A DNA stretch of 33,160 nucleotides from Acetothermia bacterium UBA3574 (lineage in GTDB: Bacteria > Bipolaricaulota > Bipolaricaulia > Bipolaricaulales > Bipolaricaulaceae). The translations under genes were made by a program, and so were the position numbers. Below are positions 26,288-33,160 of this stretch, in pieces. Positions within the stretch are counted from its first letter, which is position 1, and each line of letters begins with the position of its first letter. The stretch lies in NCBI GenBank assembly GCA_002375935.1, contig DFNF01000022.1, forward strand, positions 1-33,160. The letters are read 5' to 3'. Under the pieces are notes generated by a model that saw nothing but the letters and a program-made list of their open reading frames with translations, had not been told where the DNA came from and did not search any database.

Positions 26288-27688
26288 TCACCCCGGGGTG
26301 GGTTCCACCACCGACCGTTGCCAGGCCCGGTGGGCGAGCAAGCCCGCGGCGGCCAGGCCCGCTATCACGTTCGACAGCGACATCCCCCACCACACCCCGC
26401 TCGCCCCCCAACCGAGGGGGAAACCAAACAGGTAAGCCAGTGGGATCCTGAGCCCCCATAATCTGAGGAGGCCCAGGATCATGGTGGGCAAGTTGTGCCC
26501 GGCGCCCCGGTAGATGGCCAGGGCGGCGAAGAACAGCCCCAAGAAGGGCATTCCCCCGGCGAACGCCTGGATGAAATCGGCCCCCACCAGGATCACGTCC
26601 TCCCGCCCGGGGATGAACAACGCCACCAGTGGGTGGCGGAGCAGCCACAGCAAGGCCGCCTCCCCGGTGAGGATGAGGACCAACACCACCAGACCTTTCC
26701 GGACCAGCTCCCGGGCCCGGGGCGAGAGCCCCGCCCCCAAGGCCTGCCCCACCATGGTGGTGAGCCCGGTGGAAAGGCCATCGGTGATGATGAACAAGAT
26801 CCCCAGGATGCGGTCGGCGATCCCGTAGCCGGCCAGGGCGGCCTCCGCGTTGGGGAGCCTCCCGATCACCCCGGTCATCACCAGGAACCCGAATGCGGTG
26901 CTGGATTGCCCTACTGCGGCAGGGAGCCCGATCTTGAGGGCTTTCTTCACCCACGGCCAGTGGGGGAGGAGGGAAGCGACCTCCAACCTCAGCGGGCCTT
27001 TCCCCCGCTTGAACAGGGCCAGGAACGCCAAGGTGGCCACCCCTTGGGCGAACACGGTGGCGTAGGCTGCCCCCAGGATCCCCAGCCGAGGGAATGGGGC
27101 CCAGCCCAGCACCAAGAATGGGTCCAAGACGATGTTCACCAACGTGCCGGCCCCGTTTACCAGGAGGGGGGTCAACGTGTCCCCGGTGGCGGCGAAGGCG
27201 AAGTGAAACAGCCCCGGGATGACCATGGTGGGAAGGCCGAGGAAGATCACCCGGAGGTAGAGGACAGCCGCCGCCGCCACCGCCCCCTCCCGCACCAGCA
27301 GCCCCAGCAGCCAGGGAGCGATGGCGTAGCCCAACAGCCCCAGCCCGACTCCGGCGCCCAGGGCGATGGTGAACAGTTGGTTCAGGGACCGGTTGGCTTC
27401 TTTTGGCCGACCTGCCCCGATGTATTGGGACACCAAGGCAGTGACCGCCGCCCCTCCGAACCCGGCCACAAGTGAGATCAGGAACCAGACCACTGGCCAG
27501 GAGATCTGGATTCCGGCCATGACTGCCGCCGACTCTTGGGGGGGCAGGCGGCCGATCCAGAAGGCATCGGCCAGGTTGTACAGGGTGAAAAGCAGCGAGG
27601 AGAGGACCGCCGGCCCCCCGATGCGGGCCATGACCGCCAACGCAGGTCCTTTGAGGATCTCTTCTCGGCTTGGGGGTGTGAAGCGCAT
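26288..27688 (-). CDS. MATE-family multidrug/sodium efflux transporter
   Basis: 12 predicted TM helices with the duplicated MATE pattern. The start was set at the internal ATG (MRFTPPSREEILKG...), with 27727 as an alternative. Confidence 0.82.
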   Translation of the reverse strand: MRFTPPSREEILKGPALAVMARIGGPAVLSSLLFTLYNLADAFWIGRLPPQESAAVMAGIQISWPVVWFLISLVAGFGGAAVTALVSQYIGAGRPKEANRSLNQLFTIALGAGVGLGLLGYAIAPWLLGLLVREGAVAAAAVLYLRVIFLGLPTMVIPGLFHFAFAATGDTLTPLLVNGAGTLVNIVLDPFLVLGWAPFPRLGILGAAYATVFAQGVATLAFLALFKRGKGPLRLEVASLLPHWPWVKKALKIGLPAAVGQSSTAFGFLVMTGVIGRLPNAEAALAGYGIADRILGILFIITDGLSTGLTTMVGQALGAGLSPRARELVRKGLVVLVLILTGEAALLWLLRHPLVALFIPGREDVILVGADFIQAFAGGMPFLGLFFAALAIYRGAGHNLPTMILGLLRLWGLRIPLAYLFGFPLGWGASGVWWGMSLSNVIAGLAAAGLLAHRAWQRSVVEPTPG

Positions 27689-27811
27689 GCGGGGGCTACT
27701 GTATCTCCAAGGAACCCTTGTTCGCAAGCAAAGGGCGAGCGCGGCCGTGCCGGCGGCGGGGACTTCCCCAGGGTGAGGGGAAGCAGGGCCTATCCGAGCC
27801 TGGCTGTTTCC

Positions 27812-28225
27812 CTAGCGGGGCCCACGTTCCCTGAGCATCAACACTGCCTTGCCGTTGTTGGAACAGGAGAAGATCACCAGGCTCCGGGTACAGCTCTCGG
27901 CCGCGGTGGCGTAGAGGTAATGGATGTCCAGCCCCTGGCGGGCCAACGCCTCGGTCACCCGCCTGAGCAGCCCCGGCCGGTTGGGAAGCTCCAGCGCCAC
28001 CACCTCCCGCTCCTCCAGGGAGAACTCCGCCTCCCGCAGGGCATCCCGGGCGTAGAGCTGGGCGTCGGTGAGCAGGTGCACCAGCGCCTCCTCCCCCACC
28101 ACCTCCACCTGCACCGCCAGGATGTTTATCCCCATGTCCGAGAGGATCCTGGCGATCTCCGCCACCAAGCCCACCCGGTTCTCGGTCCGCACCACCAGCT
28201 CTTTCACGCACCTGGCCCCGGCCAT
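27812..28225 (-). CDS. Tandem ACT-domain protein (137 aa)
   Basis: Two ACT-like beta-alpha-beta-beta-alpha-beta repeats (VVRTENRVGLVAEIARILSDMGINI... / ALELPNRPGLLRRVTEALARQGLDI...). The internal ATG has GGAGGTG upstream, and TATACT lies 18 nt upstream of the ATG. Confidence 0.7.
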   Translation of the reverse strand: MAGARCVKELVVRTENRVGLVAEIARILSDMGINILAVQVEVVGEEALVHLLTDAQLYARDALREAEFSLEEREVVALELPNRPGLLRRVTEALARQGLDIHYLYATAAESCTRSLVIFSCSNNGKAVLMLRERGPR

Positions 28226-28375
28226 GCTGCCACCTCCGGGGCCAGTATAAAACTTGTTTTCACTGGGGACCAGAGTAGTAATCCAGATCACTTACCAATT
28301 CCCTTCCGCCACCACGCCTGCGGGATCAATTCCAGCCCTCGATTCGCAGAACATAACTCCGGTCCAAGGAGGTAG

Positions 28376-29470
28376 ATGATGGCCAAATGGGTTGTGGCTT
28401 TGATTGTCTTTTTGGCGGTGGCCCTGGGGGGATGGGCCGACTTCTCCGGCCGCTGGACCGGCACCCTGAACGTCCTCCCCACCCTGGGGCTGGAAGAGAG
28501 CGAGCTACAGCTGGAATACTACGTGGCCAATTGGCGGTTCACCTCCATCTCCGGCCTCACCGCAAGCGGCTTTAACTCTCAGATCCTGGAGGCCGCCGGG
28601 ATGTGGGGGATCATCGCCACCACCGCCCGGCTGGAGTTCGACCCCACCCTGCCAGCCTACAAGCATTTCCTGGGCACGGTGAGCATCCCCTTCGGTGGCG
28701 TCACCTTCACCGGCACCATCCAGCATTGGGTCTACCCTTATTACCCCTCCAATGCTTGTGTCCAGACCGGCCCCGCCTATTTGGAGTACGTTTGGCGGGT
28801 GGACTTCCCCCCGTTCGCCGCCACGGTCAAGTTCGCCGATTGCTGCTACGGAGTTTATTTTAAGGACCTGACGGTCACCTTCTCCGATATCTCCCCCTGC
28901 TGCGACCTTTACCTCTCCGGCACCCTCACCTTCTCCAAGGCCGCCGGGTTTGAGTACTTGGACCTCTGGTTGAGAGACGTGGCCTTCTGTCCCGGCTGCA
29001 TCTCCTTGGACTTCAACGTGCGCTTTACCCCAGAGGGGAAGGAAATCAGCGTCGAGCCGGACCTGGATTTCCCTGTGGACGCCTGCTTCACCCTGTATGG
29101 AGACATCGAGTTCGAAGTGGACCGCCGCATCTTGGAGGCGATCTCCATCCAGGGGTTCAAAATCCGCTGTGAGCTAGCCGAGTGCAACTACCTAGAGTCC
29201 AAGACCGCCTTCACCCCGGGAACACTGGGCTTCTCCGAGGACGAATTCGAGTACCTGAGGGTGCACGTGTGTGGGCCGGCTTGTTGTGGGCAGGACTACA
29301 CGGGGGAGTTCACGGTCTACTTCTCTACCACCGGGGGGTTCCTGGGGCTGTCGCGGTTTACGTTTGCCACCTCCCTGCCGCTCCTGGCCAACTTTGTGTT
29401 GGAGGTGGAGCTCGATTACCCCCTGGGGGGGACTCTCACCCTGGACTTGGGCTGGGATTTTTCGTTCTGA
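28376..29470 (+). CDS. Novel cysteine-rich, beta-rich secreted protein with CC-dipeptide repeats (no recognisable family)
   Basis: Strong RBS CAAGGAGGTAG-ATGATG. The signal peptide is MMAKWVVALIVFLAVALGGWA. There are 15 Cys including CC pairs (ADCCYG, SPCCDLY, GPACCGQ). The C-terminal strand pattern alternates and ends in ...LTLDLGWDFSF. GC content is clearly below the window average. Confidence 0.7.
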   Translation: MMAKWVVALIVFLAVALGGWADFSGRWTGTLNVLPTLGLEESELQLEYYVANWRFTSISGLTASGFNSQILEAAGMWGIIATTARLEFDPTLPAYKHFLGTVSIPFGGVTFTGTIQHWVYPYYPSNACVQTGPAYLEYVWRVDFPPFAATVKFADCCYGVYFKDLTVTFSDISPCCDLYLSGTLTFSKAAGFEYLDLWLRDVAFCPGCISLDFNVRFTPEGKEISVEPDLDFPVDACFTLYGDIEFEVDRRILEAISIQGFKIRCELAECNYLESKTAFTPGTLGFSEDEFEYLRVHVCGPACCGQDYTGEFTVYFSTTGGFLGLSRFTFATSLPLLANFVLEVELDYPLGGTLTLDLGWDFSF

Positions 29471-29507
29471 CCTCCTAGGTTTTTCGGCCGGGACGCTGGG
29501 AGCAAAC

Positions 29508-29537
29508 GAAAGGGGCCGCCGGGGAGCGGCCCCTTTC
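29508..29537. terminator. Bidirectional rho-independent terminator shared by two convergent genes
   Basis: gAAA-GGGGCCGC-cgggga-GCGGCCCC-TTTc: a perfect 8-bp GC stem with an A-tract on one side and a T-tract on the other. It lies between the stops at 29470 (+) and 29559 (-). Confidence 0.65.
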
Positions 29538-29558
29538 CCCGTCTTCAGGACTTCCCCA

Positions 29559-31553
29559 TTATGGGTCTGCCTCCACCCGCGGGGGCTGGTTCAGGTTGTA
29601 GACCCGGATGCAGACTTCGTCGGAGGCGGTGCCCCCACAGGGGTCGGTGACCGTGACCCGGATGCGCACCACCACTTCTTGGCAGCCGGAGACTTGGGGG
29701 GCGGTGAACACCGGACACAGGGTGTTGGTCCCGCTCAGGGCCCCGCCGCCTTCCACGATCTCCCAGCACACCGCCAGGGGCTCACCGTCTGGATCCCCGG
29801 CCTGGGCCAGGATCATGATCTGGCCGCACTCGGGCACCTCCAGGTCCGGCCCGGCGTCTACCCACGGGGCCTGGTTCACGTTCTCCACGTGGACCACCAG
29901 CGAGTCTCGCGCCTCGGCCCCACAGGCATCGCGCACCACCAAGGTGAGCACGATGTCCTCTCCCTCGCAGCGATCCGTCAGGGGGGCGGTGAACAGGGGG
30001 TGCAGGGCGTAGGGGTCGGAGAGGCTGCCCCGCTGGCACTGGACCTCCCACCAGTAGGTGATCTGGTCCCCATCGGGGTCAGAGGCCGAGCAGGTGAGCT
30101 GGACCGTCTCCCCTTCCCGCACGGTGATGTCCGGCCCGGCATCGGCGGTTGGGGGGTGGTTGATGTTCCGCACCCACAGGCACAGCCGGTCCTGGGAGGA
30201 AGCGCCGCAGGCATCGGTGACGGTGACCAGGAGTTCCACCGGGCGGCCCGCGCACTCACTGACCCACGGGGCGCAGTAAGTGGTGACCGCGGCGGTGGGA
30301 TCGGCGATGCTCCCTCCGCCGGACAGGATTTCCCAACGCACCGTCACCGGGTCACCATCCGGATCCTCCCACAGGGCCCGGATTTGGATGGAGCTGCCCT
30401 CGTCCACCACCTTGGCCGCGGTCTCGGGGGTGCAGGGATAAGGGGGGCAAGGGGCGGGGGCAGGCGGCACCCGCCCGCAGCGGACGGGCTGGGGTGTACA
30501 GGGCTCACAGGGTTGGTCCACGTCGTAGACGAAGTTGTTCCCCGGGCCACCGTCCAGTTGGTCACATCCCGGGCCCCCGAGCAGGTTGTCGTTGCAGGGC
30601 CCGCCCAGAAGTTGGTCGTTCCCCTCCTCCCCCTCCAGGGAGTCATTGCCGTCTTCTCCCAGGAGGAGGTCATCGCCGGGCCCGCCGAGCAGGCGGTCGT
30701 TCCCCGGGCCACCTTCCAGGCGGTCATTGCACTCCCCACCCTGGAGGACGTCGTCGCCTGGGCCGCCGACCAGGATGTCGCTCTCTCCCAGGCCGATCAG
30801 CAGGTCATCTCCCCCCAGGCCCAGGATCAGGTCCCGGCCCGGGGTCCCCACCAGCACATCGTCCCCCTCGCTGCCCCAGATCACGTTGTCCACTTGATAG
30901 CAGCGGTAAGCCGCCGGGATTTGGGGGCGGGGTGGGGTGGGGATGGCCACCTGGCGGAACAGGGCGGGCAGCTCCGCCGGGTCCTGGGTGACCACGAACC
31001 GGCCGCCGCAGGTCCTGGCCAGGCTCCCCAGCAAGGCGGCTACCTCGGCCTCTACCCCGACCGCCACCACGTCCAGGGTAGTGCCCCCGGCGCAGATCTC
31101 CTGGGCGGCCGCCAGGGGGTCCCCTCCACAGGTCTCCTCCCCGTCAGTCAGCAGCACCAGCCGCAGCGGCTCGTCCACCACCCCGGCGGCGAACCTGAGG
31201 GCCCGCGCCAGCGGGGTCTTCCCCTGGGCCACCAGCCCTTGCACCCGACTGATGATGGGGCCGCGCTCGGGATGAGCGCCATAGGGGACCAAGAGTTCTA
31301 TGTCGCGACAGCTCTCGTCCTCGTGTTCCCGGGATACCCGGTGGCCGAACACCACCACCGCGAACGGCTGGTCCCGGGGCAGTTCCTCAAGCACCAAGGT
31401 CAACGCCCTTTGGGCCCACTGGAACCTGGTTTCCCCGGCCGGCAGTGCTTGGTTCATGGAATTGGATGCGTCCAGGATGAACACGATCCCCTGGGGGAGA
31501 GCCCACACCGCGGTTGCCATCAGCACCAGCAGAATCGTGAAGCTCTTTTTCAC
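29559..31553 (-). CDS. Secreted multidomain protein: VWA (MIDAS intact) + RTX-type Ca-binding nonapeptide repeats + three PKD-like domains
   Basis: GTG start with RBS GAGAGGAGGCGACG. The signal peptide is KKSFTILLVLMATAVWALP. VWA motifs are ILDASNSM (DxSxS) and LLTDGEE. There are about 10 GGxGxDxLx repeats. The three C-terminal repeats follow DAGPD...G..V.L...SDPDGD...Y.WE. Confidence 0.85.
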   Translation of the reverse strand: MKKSFTILLVLMATAVWALPQGIVFILDASNSMNQALPAGETRFQWAQRALTLVLEELPRDQPFAVVVFGHRVSREHEDESCRDIELLVPYGAHPERGPIISRVQGLVAQGKTPLARALRFAAGVVDEPLRLVLLTDGEETCGGDPLAAAQEICAGGTTLDVVAVGVEAEVAALLGSLARTCGGRFVVTQDPAELPALFRQVAIPTPPRPQIPAAYRCYQVDNVIWGSEGDDVLVGTPGRDLILGLGGDDLLIGLGESDILVGGPGDDVLQGGECNDRLEGGPGNDRLLGGPGDDLLLGEDGNDSLEGEEGNDQLLGGPCNDNLLGGPGCDQLDGGPGNNFVYDVDQPCEPCTPQPVRCGRVPPAPAPCPPYPCTPETAAKVVDEGSSIQIRALWEDPDGDPVTVRWEILSGGGSIADPTAAVTTYCAPWVSECAGRPVELLVTVTDACGASSQDRLCLWVRNINHPPTADAGPDITVREGETVQLTCSASDPDGDQITYWWEVQCQRGSLSDPYALHPLFTAPLTDRCEGEDIVLTLVVRDACGAEARDSLVVHVENVNQAPWVDAGPDLEVPECGQIMILAQAGDPDGEPLAVCWEIVEGGGALSGTNTLCPVFTAPQVSGCQEVVVRIRVTVTDPCGGTASDEVCIRVYNLNQPPRVEADP
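30527..30872 (-). repeat. Tandem 27-nt (nonapeptide) RTX calcium-binding repeats inside the VWA-RTX-PKD gene
   Basis: The peptide periodicity is LGGDDLLIG LGESDILVG GPGDDVLQG GECNDRLEG GPGNDRLLG GPGDDLLLG EDGNDSLEG EEGNDQLLG GPCNDNLLG GPGCDQLDG. Confidence 0.6.
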
Positions 31554-31592
31554 CGTCGCCTCCTCTCTTCCCCGCCGGGTCGGGTTTCCCGC

Positions 31593-31628
31593 AGTGTGAG
31601 GACATGTGGCGGGGAAAACCCTCACACT
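31593..31628 (-). promoter_or_regulatory. 9-bp perfect inverted repeat (AGTGTGAGG-N18-CCTCACACT) in the predicted 5' UTR/operator region of the VWA-RTX-PKD gene
   Basis: It lies between the extended -10 and the RBS. It could form a 9-bp stem with an 18-nt loop in the mRNA, or act as a dimeric regulator site. Confidence 0.4.
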
Positions 31629-31637
31629 TGTCAGGTC

Positions 31638-31646
31638 ATTATAGCA
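31638..31646 (-). promoter_or_regulatory. Extended -10 promoter element TGcTATAAT for the VWA-RTX-PKD gene
   Basis: The coding strand reads ...ggTGCTATAATgacctg..., in an AT-rich island (31630-31690) within a 68% GC context. Confidence 0.4.
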
Positions 31647-31668
31647 CCAAAGTGCAGTTAGAATCTGT

Positions 31669-31683
31669 AATGTAGGCTACATT
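31669..31683. promoter_or_regulatory. 15-bp perfect palindrome AATGTAGGCTACATT overlapping the -35 region of the VWA-RTX-PKD promoter (candidate dimeric regulator operator)
   Basis: 7+1+7 dyad symmetry, 26-40 nt upstream of the -10. Confidence 0.4.
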
Positions 31684-31738
31684 CCCCCGTCGGTTCGCTG
31701 CTTTGCCTCACAGGCACAGGGGTAGGGGGAGGAGGGCC

Positions 31739-33160
31739 CTAGGGCTTGTCCCCGGCGAGCCGGGCCAGCCGGCGGGCCTCCTCCCACACCCGCTTGGCCA
31801 AGGCGGGGCCGAAGCTCGGGAGCCGAGCCAGGCTGGCGGGCTTGCGGCGGGCAATTTCCTCCGGCCCCTTGAACCCAGCCTCGAACAGCACCCGCGCCCG
31901 CACCCGCCCCACCCCGGTGAGCTGGACCAACGGCAGCAGCTCCGCCCGCACTCCGTACCGCAGCCGCATCCTGAGCCCCACCAGCCCCTCCACCCCGAGC
32001 TGGAAAAGCCCGGCCAGTCGCTCCGCCGCATACGCGAGCCAGGCCGCCTCCTCCCGCAGCCGATAAGTGTCCCCCGGCCCCAGGCCGAACCTCTCCTCCA
32101 GCTCCGCCTCAGAGGCCTCGTTTATCCAAGCCCGCAGGGCCAGGGCCACCTTTACTTCCTCCAGGAACTCCCGGTGGGAGGGTTCCTTCGGCCCCGGCAC
32201 CGGCAGCAGGAACTCCTCCTCGGCCGCCACCTCGGTCAGTTTCTCCACCTCCGCCTGCCGCAACCGCAACCCCTCCATGTCCGGGGTGTGGGCTAGAAGG
32301 TGCAGTAATGCCAGCTCCCCAGGGGCTTTCCCGGCTGCCTGCCGGAGCCCCGCCCGCAATACCACCCCCGACAGGGGGTGGATGTAAAGCTTGGCCACCA
32401 GCTCCCCAAACGGGGTGGGATAAAGCCCCCCCTGCCAGGAACGCACCAGCTCCTCCGCCAGCAAGAATTCCAGGGATTTCCCCAACGCCCCCCGCAGCTC
32501 CTCCAGGCCGTACTGGCGGGCGAGCAGGGTGCGGGAGAAGAACTCCACCACCTGGGGGAGGGAGTGCGCGTAGCCGGCCACGATCGCCCCCAGCAAGTAG
32601 GCCGGCAGGTTCCCGGACCGGGCGAGCTGGGAGGTGATTTTCTCCGGGGGGGCGAGGAGGTAACGGGTCAAGAGTTCCTCCTTCTCTGCTTCTCCTTTGG
32701 CGATCACCACTGCCTCCCCGTAGGGGTCCAGGCCCGGCCTGCCGGCCCGGCCGGCCATCTGGTGGAACTCCAGGGTGGGGATCCACCCCGCCCCCAGCCC
32801 GGGGTAGTAACGGCGGAGGTCGCGGATGATGACCCGCCTGGCGGGCAGGTTGACCCCTGCGGCCAGGGTGGTGGTGGTGCAGACGGCTTTCAGGACCCCC
32901 TCCCGAAATGCCTGCTCCACGAGTCGCCGCTGGGCAGGGTGTAGCCCCGCGTGGTGGAAGGCTACCCCGTTGACCAAGCAGGCGGCCAAGTCCCGGCACA
33001 CCGGGGTGGACTCTTCTAGCACCCGCTCCGCAGTTTGGGCCAGTTTTTCCAGCGCCGCCGCCTCCTGGGGGGAAAGCAGGGCCCGCACCGGGCGGCCCAA
33101 ACGGCGGGCCGCCGCCTGGGTGGACCTGCGGGTGGCCACGAACACCAGCACCTGCCCCCC
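31739..33160 (-). CDS. Hel308/Ski2-like DEAD/DEAH-box helicase, C-terminal ~470 aa (the gene continues beyond the window end)
   Basis: Helicase C-domain motifs are LVFVATRRS (IV), HHAGL, TTTLAAGVNLPARRVI (V) and QMAGRAGRPGLD (VI). These are followed by a winged-helix/Sec63-like helical region and a C-terminal HhH. The frame stays open upstream of the listed Met to position 33160. Confidence 0.8.
   Translation of the reverse strand, partial: GGQVLVFVATRRSTQAAARRLGRPVRALLSPQEAAALEKLAQTAERVLEESTPVCRDLAACLVNGVAFHHAGLHPAQRRLVEQAFREGVLKAVCTTTTLAAGVNLPARRVIIRDLRRYYPGLGAGWIPTLEFHQMAGRAGRPGLDPYGEAVVIAKGEAEKEELLTRYLLAPPEKITSQLARSGNLPAYLLGAIVAGYAHSLPQVVEFFSRTLLARQYGLEELRGALGKSLEFLLAEELVRSWQGGLYPTPFGELVAKLYIHPLSGVVLRAGLRQAAGKAPGELALLHLLAHTPDMEGLRLRQAEVEKLTEVAAEEEFLLPVPGPKEPSHREFLEEVKVALALRAWINEASEAELEERFGLGPGDTYRLREEAAWLAYAAERLAGLFQLGVEGLVGLRMRLRYGVRAELLPLVQLTGVGRVRARVLFEAGFKGPEEIARRKPASLARLPSFGPALAKRVWEEARRLARLAGDKP

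Noticed and set aside
29271-31661. A 796-aa plus-strand ORF antisense to the VWA-RTX-PKD gene
   Set aside because: Its composition is a G/P/R/H-rich low-complexity translation typical of antisense frames in high-GC DNA. It has no domain signatures, RBS or signal. The opposite strand encodes clearly recognisable VWA, RTX and PKD motifs.

Overview
High-GC (about 68%) chromosomal window, probably from a thermophilic Firmicutes-like bacterium. The lineage guess is inference from a DnaQ-DinG fusion, a YycJ-like MBL protein and an rsmH-ftsL-ftsI dcw fragment. The window is densely packed with about 32 genes, almost all housekeeping or envelope genes. Translational coupling through ATGA/GTGA overlaps is frequent. 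Confidently recognised genes are glmS, acs plus the acetate channel satP, a DnaQ-exonuclease/DinG helicase, a miaB-like methylthiotransferase, a pfkB-family kinase, prfA, a stand-alone tRNA-Ile(GAU), tpiA, rsmH-ftsL-ftsI, a MATE exporter, the 3' part of a Hel308/Ski2-like helicase and the 5' part of a hydantoinase/oxoprolinase-family gene. I found no CRISPR array, transposase, integrase or phage genes. The regions that stand out most: (1) a lower-GC locus at 28.2-31.7 kb with a novel cysteine-rich, beta-rich secreted protein convergent with a VWA-RTX-PKD exoprotein, sharing a bidirectional terminator and carrying AT-rich palindromic promoter elements; (2) an orphan AmmeMemoRadiSam-type radical SAM enzyme (AmrS-like) with an extra N-terminal double CxxC and no AMMECR1/MEMO partners; (3) a solitary Cas4-family nuclease embedded among secreted/lipoprotein genes; (4) several unusual, tightly coupled operons (SPFH-YycJ-like MBL; tpiA-MBL-secreted phosphoesterase; miaB-pfkB-CBS; small acidic protein-PPP phosphatase-hydantoinase). 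Many long antisense ORFs in the six-frame track are GC-driven artefacts. Gene starts were set by in-frame arithmetic from the ORF track plus RBS inspection. Coordinates of RNA and regulatory elements were anchored to track stop codons.
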